In this document: positions 42,296-54,000 of the stretch, in pieces
Layout: each line of letters opens with the position of its first letter
How positions within the stretch are numbered: the stretch's first letter is position 1
Origin: Williopsis jadinii
Taxonomy: Eukaryota
Length of the DNA: 64,000 nucleotides
Direction: 5' to 3'
Assembly: GCA_024346625.1 (NCBI GenBank)
Contig: AP024664.1
Span: 2,666,001 to 2,730,000 of the forward strand
The notes under the pieces: model-generated
The model's input: only the letters and a program-made list of their open reading frames with translations
Told to the model about the DNA's origin: nothing
Databases searched by the model: none
Position numbers and translations under genes: made by a program

Positions 42296-44167
42296 ATGGT
42301 GAAAGTTGTTGTTTCATCAGACGCTGTACAGTCCAAGTTCAAGGTGCGGGATCTACTGGCCCTTCAAAGCCCACAGAGGTCATATCTGTCGCCATTATCG
42401 GTCATTGCCCATATTGATATCAATGCTTTCTTTGCACAGGCTGAACAGATAAGACTCGGACTGTCGAGACAAGACGCCGTCGTTTGTGTGCAGTGGTCGT
42501 CGATTATAGCGGTGAGCTATGCTGCCAGAGAGTATGGAATAAGCAGGATGGATTCCATAGAGTCTGCAAAGTTGAAATGCGATAAGCTGGTTCCTGTTCA
42601 CACAGCTGTTTTCAAGAAAGGTGAAAACTTTTGGCGATACCACGATGAGGATAAGGATCCGCCTTCTCCTATCAACCATAAGGTGAGTTTGGACCCTTAT
42701 AGGAGAGAGAGCAGGAAGATTATGAAAATATTCAAGAAGAATTGTGATCTGGTGGAAAAGGCCAGTGTTGATGAAAGCTTTATGGATCTTGGTAGATTGG
42801 TGATTGACAGGATCCTCCAATTGATTCCATCCCTGAGACAGCAGTTGGATAAGATGGATAAACAAGACCTCTTGCCATCCTTACCTTCAGATCTCAACTT
42901 TGAAGCACATGGGTTTATTGTGGGGTATGACGACCAATCGGAAATTCAAATAAGTGATTGGGATGATTTTGTCGTGCTGTTGGGATCATCAATAACTAGT
43001 GAAATAAGAGCGGAGATAGAGTCAGAACTGGGCTATACAACGTCCTGTGGTGTTGCAAAGGTTAAGACGGTGTCGAAATTGGCGTCTGGGTTCAAAAAGC
43101 CTGATAATCAAACCATCGTGCTAAATTCACAGATACCCAACTTCGTCTCGAACTTTGATTTTACAGACTTTTGGTCAATGGGTGGTAAAACAGGTGAATA
43201 CATCAAGACAAAATTATCACCACCGGATTCTGAAAATATTGGATATATCAGGGATAATTACGATATGGGTGAGTTGGAGGAATACCTGGAGGACAAGCAG
43301 CTCGCGGAGAAACTGTACCTGATGGTTCGTGGTGAATACGCTGCACCTCTTTCAGAGAGAATTTTAGTGAAATCTATGAATTCGAACAAAAATATCCGGG
43401 GGAACTCAGGTTCCTCTTTACAGGATGCAAGTGAATGGATAAAAGTATTTGCTGCTGATCTATTCCAACGGCTCGTTGAAAGTGAAGATGAGAATGGCTA
43501 TAGAACCAGAGCCAAGACCATCAGTCTCAAATTTGTCTCAAAGAAATCTGGTCAGACGCATTCTAAACAGAGCTCTTTACCTTTAGTTCCCAGAGAAGAG
43601 ATGGAGGAGACTTTGTACAAATATGGGGTTAATCTCCTAAAGATCTTGGGCTCACAGTTTGGTGATATATATCCTTTGATCAATTTAAACATGACGATAT
43701 CGAATTTTGAAGTTGTTGATAATAACAGTACAAGCATAATGGGGTTTGTCAAGAAGACGGATGTGTTTCCTACTGGTTTTGCTTCGCAATTAACAAAGTC
43801 CAATGTTCAACCAAAGCCAAGTGTTGTTGCGCCTGTTCCAGACAAAGAAAGGGCTTATGAAGAACTTGGAGATGGTAAGTTTAAATGTACCAAATGTGGG
43901 AATGAGGTTGAAGACACTGTTGAGCACACAGACTTCCACTATGCCATTGAGATATCGCAGAAGCTGAATGGATCTGAGAGTCTTTCATCTGATTTACAGA
44001 AATTTACTAGTTCAAAAGTGTCATATGGAGAACTGCTGTTAAAATCCAGATCACCGCCTACCTCTGTTGGTTCTTCAAGTAAAAGGACCAGAAAATCGAC
44101 TACAACTATCAAAAATACTGATAAGCGCAGTAAACTAGACAAAGGACAAACCAAACTGCCATTCTGA
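42296..44167 (+). CDS. RAD30: DNA polymerase eta
   Basis: HIDINAFFAQ, AVSYAAR, SLDPYRRES, SVDESF, C-terminal UBZ (C..C...EH.D.H). Confidence 0.95.
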   Translation: MVKVVVSSDAVQSKFKVRDLLALQSPQRSYLSPLSVIAHIDINAFFAQAEQIRLGLSRQDAVVCVQWSSIIAVSYAAREYGISRMDSIESAKLKCDKLVPVHTAVFKKGENFWRYHDEDKDPPSPINHKVSLDPYRRESRKIMKIFKKNCDLVEKASVDESFMDLGRLVIDRILQLIPSLRQQLDKMDKQDLLPSLPSDLNFEAHGFIVGYDDQSEIQISDWDDFVVLLGSSITSEIRAEIESELGYTTSCGVAKVKTVSKLASGFKKPDNQTIVLNSQIPNFVSNFDFTDFWSMGGKTGEYIKTKLSPPDSENIGYIRDNYDMGELEEYLEDKQLAEKLYLMVRGEYAAPLSERILVKSMNSNKNIRGNSGSSLQDASEWIKVFAADLFQRLVESEDENGYRTRAKTISLKFVSKKSGQTHSKQSSLPLVPREEMEETLYKYGVNLLKILGSQFGDIYPLINLNMTISNFEVVDNNSTSIMGFVKKTDVFPTGFASQLTKSNVQPKPSVVAPVPDKERAYEELGDGKFKCTKCGNEVEDTVEHTDFHYAIEISQKLNGSESLSSDLQKFTSSKVSYGELLLKSRSPPTSVGSSSKRTRKSTTTIKNTDKRSKLDKGQTKLPF

Positions 44168-45330
44168 AATGAAACCTATATATTCACACACCAAGAGATA
44201 AATCTACATTCACAAACAGTCGTAAAAAGTGGTTAAATGTCATTAAATAAAGATCGGAATCATATCACACACATAAACAAGAGCAATTGGGACAAATCAA
44301 AGTACAAAATTCAAAAAGTCAAAGTCGTAAAGAATGCTTAATAGCAAGGCACAGCTATTTTGGAATGGTAACAGTCAGAGGGAATGATCACCGAGTAAAA
44401 CGGGCAAAGGAGGTGTAATATTGAACCTCGAGCAGAGATAAATCTTAAGTAGGGCCTCGAACGGAAAACGATCATGGCTCATCGGCAGTTGCAGATGGTT
44501 GCAATGCCTTCTTCTTTGTGTGTAGCTTCTTTTTAGCCAATTGCGAAGCATACTTAGTGGTAGTTAAATGTTGTGGAGCTGCAACTGCCTTCTTTGCAAT
44601 GAGGAAATCGGATGCGATGAGGAAAACGGGACATAAAACCCAAAACCCTGATAGTCCCTTCATCTACACAGCTTTCCCTTCTCTATCTGTACTTGTGTTT
44701 CTTCTCTATGAGAGAAATAGATGCGATACTACCGTCTAAAGCGCAACAAAAGGAGGCTTCACTGAGTATAAAATGGGTTGCTCTTTGTTGATTTTATCGT
44801 TAGATTCACAAACCGCATACAAAAAGGAAAAAAATACAAGAAAATTTGTGATTGTGATCTCATGGTGCGCGGAATCGCGGCTGCAACTTTTTAGCTGGGG
44901 AAACCTCACTGATTTTGGGCTCACACAGGACTTTGACCCCGTGTGTGATAACTGAAGATTTATACTGTGTAATTTTTGCTGTTTATTATACAAATAGGTG
45001 TTTTCATGGATAATTGGTGCCTTATAGTCATTGAATAAAGCGTGTAATGCATTCCATATGGGTATTAAAAAAATGCTGATGAGTTTTGTACTTCTCCTAG
45101 TAAATTTTCTGAAGAATAATGAACCCAATTATTTCCTTAAAAAGAATTAATAACCAATGAATTTTAGTTCTAATTTTCTGGAGAATACTAAGGGAATGGA
45201 ATTGTAAGCACTTCAATTGGGCTACCAGACGTTTTGGAATAAATGGACCGTTATCACAATGAAACATGTCTTTAAAAACCAATAACGAAACACAATCTCT
45301 CTCTCCAATGATATGAACGTAGTATGCTCA

Positions 45331-45377
45331 CACATTTAAACACCCAGACACCTAAACATCCAGACACCTGGATACAC
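45331..45377 (+). promoter_or_regulatory. Tandem Rap1-like/telomere-like 8-bp units upstream of the 45491 gene
   Basis: ACACCCAGACACCTAAACATCCAGACACCTGGATACAC. Confidence 0.5.
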
Positions 45378-45490
45378 ACAGAACGGAGAAACCTGAAGGG
45401 AAGGAAAAAAAAACAAGGTAGCGGTAGAAAATCGAAAGAACGCTCCCTTAGCAACTGAACACAACAAAGAACTGAATACTGCAACTTAAA

Positions 45491-45997
45491 ATGTTCTCTT
45501 TAAAGACTCAACTAGCAAAGTCTGCAACGACCTGTTCGGCAGTGTCTGCTTCACGTGTCAGACTCTTCACGACCTCACAACGTTGTTTCAGTGACCACGA
45601 CCACCACGACCACCACGAAGAGCTAGCCCCTGAGGAGAAACTCGCAGACAACCCTCTCTACATTGGTACTTTGGCCGCTTTGCTCGTCGGCGCTGCTGGT
45701 ATTGGTTTCGACACTTACTATAAGAAGCTTTATGGTAAGTCATACTTTGGACAATGGATCCATCCAACACCAAGCGAGGAGGTGATTGCAGAGAACAAGG
45801 AATACCAAGAGCTCACCATGAAGGATGCACAATTCTATGAGGTTATGTATGCCCAACCTGTTAAGAGTGTTTTCAGAGATTTGGAAGTTGTCCAACCTAT
45901 TAGAAGAGGTTCATCTTTCAACCGTGAACCTGGAAGCTCCTTGGATATCGACTCTCTAAGCCCAAGAAGAGAGATCAAGAAGAGCCTCTTTGATTAA
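45491..45997 (+). CDS. Mitochondrial complex I accessory subunit, NUO-17.8 kDa-like
   Basis: Presequence, HDHHDHHEE, single TM, C-terminal GSSFNREPGSSLD resembling the fungal 17.8 kDa subunit. Confidence 0.65.
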   Translation: MFSLKTQLAKSATTCSAVSASRVRLFTTSQRCFSDHDHHDHHEELAPEEKLADNPLYIGTLAALLVGAAGIGFDTYYKKLYGKSYFGQWIHPTPSEEVIAENKEYQELTMKDAQFYEVMYAQPVKSVFRDLEVVQPIRRGSSFNREPGSSLDIDSLSPRREIKKSLFD

Positions 45998-46344
45998 AAG
46001 GAAAATGAAGCAAACGTTTATATATATTTATTCTATTTATTGTTACAAATCTCATCTATTTATTGACTCAATGTCTTTTGATTATTCATATTACATGACA
46101 CTGCAAACACGGTGCAATATACGTCTCAACCCAAACAGTTTATAGGGTAGTTTTCTTCGATAATTTTGTCTACGAGGTTGCCTAGCGCCCCACCAGAATA
46201 ATCACCAGTGTAACCTTCTTCTACTTTTCAGTACAATAATACATAAATGATCAATACAACCAACAATTCGATAGTTTGTGTTATAACATTATCAATTTAA
46301 GACGTTGATGTTCAATACTGAAATTTGGATGATGAAAAAAAAAG

Positions 46345-46415
46345 TGCGCTAGCCCGGAGTCGAACCGGGGGCCCATGAATGGGAACCATGGATTTTACCG
46401 CTAAACTACTAGTGC
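46345..46415 (-). tRNA. tRNA-Gly(CCC), intronless
   Basis: GCACTAGTAGTTTAGCGGTAAAATCCATGGTTCCCATTCATGGGCCCCCGGTTCGACTCCGGGCTAGCGCA; cloverleaf, B box, downstream T9 terminator. Confidence 0.93.
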
Positions 46416-46531
46416 ATTTCAGCTTAAAAGGCGTAAAAAGGGATATAAGTCATACCGTTATAAAATTAGGGAAAAGTTCCTATTTGGGCCATTAAACGTT
46501 TTCCTCGTTAGAAGAAAAAGTTGAACTTAGC

Positions 46532-46539
46532 GGTGGCAA
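46532..46539 (+). promoter_or_regulatory. PACE (Rpn4) element upstream of RPN13
   Basis: GGTGGCAA about 90 bp before the ATG of a proteasome gene. Confidence 0.7.
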
Positions 46540-46624
46540 GTGAAACCCAGAAGGAAGAATAACAGGCGGTAAAGGCTAGTCACAATCACAGTTACAATTG
46601 AGCCAACATTCAAGTAGTCATACA

Positions 46625-47578
46625 ATGTCAATCGTTAAATTCAGAGCTGGTAAAGTGAGCTATGATGCTGCTACAAAGACAGCGACTCCACTACCAATAC
46701 AGGGTCAGATTGTGCTGAAGCATTCTTTGGAGGATGAATCGTTCTTCTCTTTTGAATGGTCACCAAAGGATAACGTTGTAAACATTGAGAAGGATGAATT
46801 CCTCATTATACCCGGTGATGCATCTTGGAGTCATGTGGAGGAGTGTAAGACAGGTAGGGTGTTTGCATTGGAGTTTCTTTCTTCAGGTGCTAGACATCTG
46901 TTTTGGTTACAGGAGGTTAACGATAACGATGACGATCCGAGCGAATTGAGTAAAAAGGACATGGAGATCTATGAAAAGTTGTCCAAGCTTTTCGAGTTCA
47001 CCGAGGAGGATGACGAGGAAGAAGAAGAGGAAGAAGAAGAGCAGCCACAGCCAGGATCAGCATCTGAAGACAAACAGGCCGACACCGTGACACAATCGTA
47101 AGTAGAGAACCCTACATCGCACAAGAAACTTTTAATCAAGAACATTATCCCCTCAGCACTCAGAGGAGAAGGATCATTGGATTGATAATTTAATGTAAGC
47201 ACATTTAAAGACGAATGATTGACCTAACACCAATATAGAATCCAACATCTTGCACTGAACGACCTTTTAACTGCAACGAACATCAGAGAGGCCTTGGACA
47301 AATCCAGCGCTGATGACATCGAGAGACTGTACACCATGCTTCCAAACGGAATGGAGCACAACAGAGATAACCTCTTGAAAGTGTTGACCAGCCCATATTT
47401 CAAAAGATCAGCGGCCAATCTGACCGAGGGGCTCTACGGAGGTGGATCTACAATCTCTAGAGCACTAGGGGTGGAGTACCTGGGAGAAGGCACCGTTCCG
47501 TTTGTGACCTCTTTGAAGAAGCAAAGTGATAAGGACAGGCAAGCAGAAGATGCAGAAGAAGAAGCGAAGAACAACTAA
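46625..47578 (+). CDS. RPN13: Proteasome ubiquitin receptor Rpn13 (PRU + DEUBAD-like domain); exons 46625-47097 and 47239-47578, 270 aa
   Basis: FRAGK, TGRVFALEFLSSGARHLFWLQ PRU domain; GTAAGT 47098, CCTAAC 47223-47228, TAG 47238 joins in frame to L.DLL...LP...VLTSPYF..SAANL. Confidence 0.85.
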
Positions 47579-47834
47579 CTAATTACTCAGCTCCTCCAAA
47601 CGTATTTATCATTGTAGTGCGCCTAAATCGAAATGTAAACAAAGACCGCCGGGGCCACGCGCACAGAAAGAGAAAACAAAACAACACCAGCGGGAAAACA
47701 CCGGGCGCCTCCGGCGGAAGAAAAAAAAACACAAACAAACAAAACCTCACACCATATAGAAAAAGTAAACAAGAGTAACAAACAAGAAAGGAGGAAGTAG
47801 TCAAAACTGATTCAATTAGCGGCATCGAGCTTTT

Positions 47835-48051
47835 GTGAGTACATGTCGGTTTAGATGGAAGGAAGTGGAGGTGGATGCTTACACAAGACCGTTACTTGCA
47901 AGGGGGATTTAAGCAGCGTTTATGGGGTTGATCTGTTTACTGTTGTGTTTTTCTCCCAGTGTGGACACATATGCTCCCTCCTCGTATACAGGTGATTTGA
48001 CCTATACTAACCATTTCAAAGAGGGAAAGAAACGAATTCCATTGCTCATAG
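47835..48051 (+). other. Probable 5'UTR intron of NUM1
   Basis: GTGAGT 47835, TACTAAC 48005-48011, 3'SS AAG 48021 or TAG 48051, ATG at 48058. Confidence 0.6.
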
Positions 48052-48057
48052 TTTGCT

Positions 48058-51000
48058 ATGTCTCCAACAGATCATAATCTGAAAGCTCAGCTTTCTGATA
48101 TCCAGAAGCGGATGTCGGAGACGATGTTCAACTCTCCAAAGAGGCCTTCTCAACAGAAGGACCGCGATACTCCAGAGAAGTCAGCGTCCCCGGTGGCTGG
48201 TTCAGCCGAAGATAAGGACAAGTCTGGCGGCAAGACCAAGGGGCTTTCTCTTGTTTCTAGAAGGGACAAGAGAACGTCGCTTCCACCGATTGACGGCAGT
48301 AGAGCGCTTTCGACCCAGAAGGGATCTGCAAAGGATCTTGACTTTGCAGTTGGTTTGAGTGAGAACTTGCTTCAAGAGTGCAGAAGGCTAAATGCCGAGA
48401 ATGAGAGTAAGAACCAAAAGTTGAAGACGTTCCAAGAAGAACTCCTCAAGATGAAGTCTAGCAATGCGAATTTACTCGCCAAACTTAACGATACCATGGC
48501 CAACGAGGAAAGATTCAAAGATTCTAACTGGGAATTGGAGATGAAGTTGCAACAACTGACAGAGGAGTACAAATCTATTTCCGAGAATTATCAAAAGTCA
48601 CAGAAAGAGATGAATAAGCACATTGATTTGTCAAACTCGATTAGAAGTGAACTTGAAGAGATGAACCTGAATAAATCTTCATTGGAGAAGGAATATTCAT
48701 CTACTAAGCTAACTAGTGCAACAGAAATTCAAGATCTCAAGTCACATGTCGATGAGCTGAACGACGAAAATACCAAATTGAATGATGAGATTGACGAATT
48801 GAGACGTGAGTTGGAAGAAGCGAAGAAACAGCCTTCCAAAGTTCAACTTTCTGGAATTCCATCGCTCCAACCTGTTGAAGACTCTGATTCTGAAAGCGAA
48901 CTTCAAGAACCTTCCATCTCACCTGTAAAAACAGTGGCGTTGAACAACAACGCCTTAGAGGCTGAGACTCTGAGATCATCATTGCAAAGTGCCCATCACA
49001 CCATTGCAAAGCTTAGAGGACAAATTTTAAAATTGCGTCAAGGTGAGCTCTCTTCTAAGCAACAAGCCCAGCAATCAAGTCCACCTTCAAAGAAATCAAT
49101 TCCTTTACTCAAGAAAAACATTAAGGGATTTGGAGACTTCTCTAAAGGAAACCTTCAAATCAGAGGGAATTCAAATAGGGGTTCCACAGTGATTTATGAT
49201 GATTCATCAGATATCGATGATGATTGGGAGGTTACGGGAGGAAGCTCTCTGGAACCATCCCCTTCGAAGCAATCGAAGAGACCCACTTCTGTGGTATCTG
49301 ACTCCAAGGAGCTCATTGACGATTCAGGATCTGATTACGATGAGGATATACCCGTTGCTCCATTGTCTGCTGAACTTCAAACAATCTCTGAGGAAGCAGC
49401 AGCCAACTATGCTAAACAGAACAACTTGGTCTTGGTTCCTCTAGTGGAGTTTAACTCTTTTACCGATGCTTCCAATCTATTACCTTTCAAGGAACAGGAA
49501 ATTATTTCATTGAAGGGTAAACTCAGCGAGCTAGAGTCCAAACAGAAGGAGTACATTTCATCTCATGAAGTCACCGAGAGTAAACTGAAAGCCAAATCTG
49601 TGGAGCTTGATACTGCCAAGAAGTCGTTAGATTCTCTCAATACTGAACATACCGAAAAGGTATTTACACTGGCAAGCTTGAATGAAAAGCACGACAACTT
49701 GAAATCAGAACTAGAGGCCTCACATACAGAACTCAAGTTGAAGACTGAAGCTAACGCTGAACTTGAAACAAAGTTGGCAAACTTGACTGAAGAGAAAGCC
49801 AAGGAGCTGGAAACTGTTAAGAGAAACTTGAATTTGAATGAAGAGACATTTAAGGAGAAGTTATCCGTGTCTGATGCTGTGATTGCAGACTTGAAGACCA
49901 AGTTGACTGATATAACATCAAAATATGATGAGTTATCGACTGTGTTAGCAACAACGCAACAAAAATTGGAGACAGTGGACAACGAAAAGGCTTCTTTGCA
50001 GGAACAAGTGGACAATCCATCAAATGAGTTTTTATCTGAGAAAGCAGCCAAGCAAGGGCTAGTTGTCATTTCCAAGGGAACACACGATGAAATTGTCGCT
50101 AAATCCAATAGAAGTATCGATGATCTTGCCAGAGAGAACAATTTGAAGGTCTTGAAAACTGATGAGTATGATGTGCTTTCTAAGAAGGCTGAGGAACCTT
50201 CTATTGAACACTTGTCTGAGCATGCGCAGAAACAAGGTCATGCCATCCTTCACAAGGATGAGCTTACTAATCTAAAGACAAAAGCAGAGAAGTCCATCAC
50301 AGAGATAGCTAAGGACAACAATGCTGTGGTCATTCCCGACTCAGAATACAAAGAGCTCTTAAGAAAGTTGAACAATCCAACACAAGAGGAGATCAAGGCT
50401 CTTTCAGAGTCATATGGCCTGACATCAATCACTCAATCTGAATACGATAACTTAATTCGTAGGGCTGAAAAGCCTTCTGTTGATGAAATTACTTCCCGAG
50501 CTGGTTCACTTGGGCTTGCAATTCTTTCTGCAACTGAACTCGAATCTCTTAAGACAGCTTCGATCAAACTTGCTGATGAGACTGAACGTGTGAAGTCTTT
50601 GAATTCCGACATTTCATTACTCAAAGAAGAGGCATCAAAGAAGGATTCCTACATAGATGAGCTAACTACTTCTTTGAATGAAAAGGAAGAATATCTGAAG
50701 AAAGAGCCTGTGTTGCCAAAATCGTCTCTTTTAAAACAAGTTGGTGCTCTAGGTCTCGTGGCACTTCCTGTTATGGAGCACAAGAAGCTAGCTGAACCAA
50801 CAAAAGAAGACATCACCAAGCAAGCATCTAAACATGAATTAACTTTGATATCAAATTCCGATTTCAACGAACTGAAATCAAAGGCTTCAAAGACTGTCGA
50901 AGACCTAGCTGCTGAGCAGAAGAAGCAAGTACTGTCTGAATCTGATTATAATAATCTGTTGAATCCAAGTGTCACTGAGATAGAAAAGCACGCTAAGAGC

Positions 51001-54000
51001 CATGACCTTGTTGTCGTCAACAAGAATGATTTTGAATTGCTACAAGAGAAATCCAAAAAGACCTTAGACGATCTTGCCAAAGAGTCAGACTCTGTTGTGT
51101 TGTCACAGGAAAAGTACAAAAAGCTCGTCTCACCAACGATAGAGGATTTGGAAGCACATGCCAAATCACAAGACAATGTTCTCATCTCAAGAAATGCTTT
51201 GGATGAACTTTCGACGAAATCACAGAGAACATTGGAAGATCTTGCAAACGAGTCAGGCGCGATTGTACTGTCTAAAGATGCACATAATGAACTTCTCAGT
51301 CCTTCGAAGGATAAGCTATTGGAATTGGTGACTGGTGCTGGCTTGGTAGCTTTAAGTACTAATGAGCACGAGCAATTGAAGTCCCTCACCACAAAGCCGA
51401 CCGTGGAATTCCTTTCACAGAAAGCTGAAGAATTGAATATGACTCTTGTTGATAAGGATCGCTTTGCAGATTTATCTGCTGCTGCAAACAAGAGCATAGA
51501 TGACTATGCAAAGGACAACAATCTTGTACTGCTCTCAAATGAGGGCTACGAAAAACTTTTGCACCCATCTACCGAAAAATTACAGAGTCTTGCCGAAGAA
51601 GCGGACCTTGTTGTTGTTCCACACGGTGAGTTTTCCAAGTTGAAGGACCCAGAAAAACTTGATATTAAAGACATAGAGAAACGTCTCGGTGTTCTTGGTT
51701 ACTCCGCTGTTGATGAGCAACATCTGAAATCGCTTAAAGAACCGGAGGAAGACCAAGTTATTCAATTGTGCGAGAAATATAACCTTCACCCGATTGATAA
51801 GGATGCATTCGAACAACTCAGTTCAAAGGATCACGTCTTAGAACGTGCAGAGAGCCTTGGTTTTGTTTCTGTTCCACGCGAGGAATACTATAGCTTGAAG
51901 TCTCGTGCTGATGAACCTGATAGAGCTACAGTTGAGTCACAAGTTGAGAAATTGGGCTGTGCTATGGTTGGCAAGAAGGAATATGAAGCTTACTTGAAGT
52001 CATCGTCTTCTATTTCTAAAGTAGAACTCGAGGCAAAGGCACAAAAAATTGACCATGTTCTGGTACCAGCTGCAGAGTTCCAAGAGCTCATGGAATTGAA
52101 GGAGCCTACAATGCCAACTGAGTCTCCAACAACACCGACCAGCAAATTCCATCAAACGAAGGAGTACTTTGAGAACGTTCACAAGTCAAACGAGAAAGAG
52201 TCACGTAAGGCTAAGGTATTTGAATCTGCCAAATCTCTTGGCTTTGTTCCCGTTGCTGCTGATGAATACAAGCATTTGATTGAGCACCAGAAGGATCATG
52301 TGATTACGAAATCTGATATCTATACATGTTCGAAAGATTTTGGTTTAACGGTTCTCCCATCTGATGAATACAAGAACCTGTTGAAATCACGCCAGAAAGA
52401 TGATATAACGTTAGCAGAACTCCAAAGATATGCTAAACAGTTTGATATGACACTGGTTAACCTTGAATCAGAAGGGACAAGTTCACCTCCAGAGACCAAT
52501 AGCATCTTTTTAGGGCAGAACCACTCGATGTCCACCATTTCTTCTACAATAAACGAGAGTGATTTCACGGATGCTCTATCACGTCAACCATCGAATGCCT
52601 CAACCATTCACGCAGCTGGAGCAACAATTGGCTCAATGACTGTTGATGAGCTCAGAGTCCAAGCTTCGGCCAATGGCTACAAGCTTGTCAGACTTGGTGA
52701 AGAGGAATTGGTAGAACCAAGATCATTATCCAATGATTCTAGTAGTGTATATTACACAGGAGCTGATGATAACGATTATGACACTGATCATGAGGTAGAG
52801 AGCCACCATGATACTGTTACAATTGATGAAGTACCTGCTCAAACTAAGGAAGCTCTGACAGAGAGTGCATCGAAGATGGGATTAGTTGTTCTTGAGAAGC
52901 CAGATCTTGAAAGCTTGTCCAACTCTCTTGATAGAGCTCGACTTGATGCTGGAGCCAAGGACCTTGACCTCGTGAATGAAAACGGTGGTGAATTTATCTC
53001 TGCTGAAAATCCGGAAGTGCACAAGATCCGTGAGATTTTTGCTGCAGCTGGTTTGCACGTTTTGTCTGATGAGCAGCTGCAGTCTGTTGAACAAACAGCA
53101 AAGTCTAGTGTTAAACCTGAAGATGTTGTTGATCAGTCTAATGTTGTTGACGTTGGATCATCTTTGGGTATGAAGGTGATTCCTGTTACTGAATACGAGG
53201 AGGCACTAGAAGGAGCAAAACCTACGAAAGAAAGTATTGTATCATCAGCAGCAGCATTTGGACTTGTCGCAGTGGACAAGAAGGAATACCGTGACATGCA
53301 GCTGAGAGCAGAATCCCACAAGCACAGTTCAGGTCTTGGTATTGGTGCTGGTATTGGACTCACAGCAGGCTCTCTTGCGGCAATCTCTGCTGGAGCAGCT
53401 GGATTTGCAGGCTCATCAGTAGCTAGTTCAGCAGGTAATGTCGGTGCGAAGGAAGCTGTGGCAGCACCCGTTAACAAGTTACCAACAAAAGAGCCCACAA
53501 AGGCTGAAGCCCTCAAGAGTATTCAAGCTCACGGTCTTGTTGCACTTGACTCATCTGAGGTTGATGCTTTGAAGCAGAAGGCCATTCTGGCCTCTGACTC
53601 CAAGCACATGGTGAAGACTTTGGAGGCTAGTGGTATGTCTGTGATTGCCAGTCCAGACCTAGAGTCTTTAAAGAACAAGGCCAACCAGGAACCAATCATT
53701 TTGACTAAAGATGATCTCATTGATAAGCTTCAAGAACAGGGACTGACTGTTATTGAACCTGCAAAGCTTGAGTCTTTGAAGGAGAAGGCAAATGAAGCAA
53801 AATCTTTAACTAGAGATGATATTGTGGAAAAAGCTCAGGAACAAGGATTAGCAATTATTGAACCTATGGAGCTGGAATCCCTAAAAAACAAGGCCAACCA
53901 GGAACCAGTGATTTTGACTAAAGATGGTCTAGTTGAAAAGGTCCAGGAACACGGCCTGGCTGTTATTGCACCTTCGGAGCTTGAGCTTTTGAGGGAAAAG

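Noticed and set aside
44300..45300. Telomerase RNA, U1, U3 or snR30 in the RAD30 downstream interval
   Set aside because: No template, no ATACTTACCT, no U3 box A and no snR30 m1/m2 motifs on either strand
45340..45352. ACACCCAGACACC as a telomerase RNA template (1.5 repeats)
   Set aside because: Only about 140 nt upstream of a same-strand protein gene, leaving no room for the pseudoknot and 3' domains; similar arrays recur in other promoters
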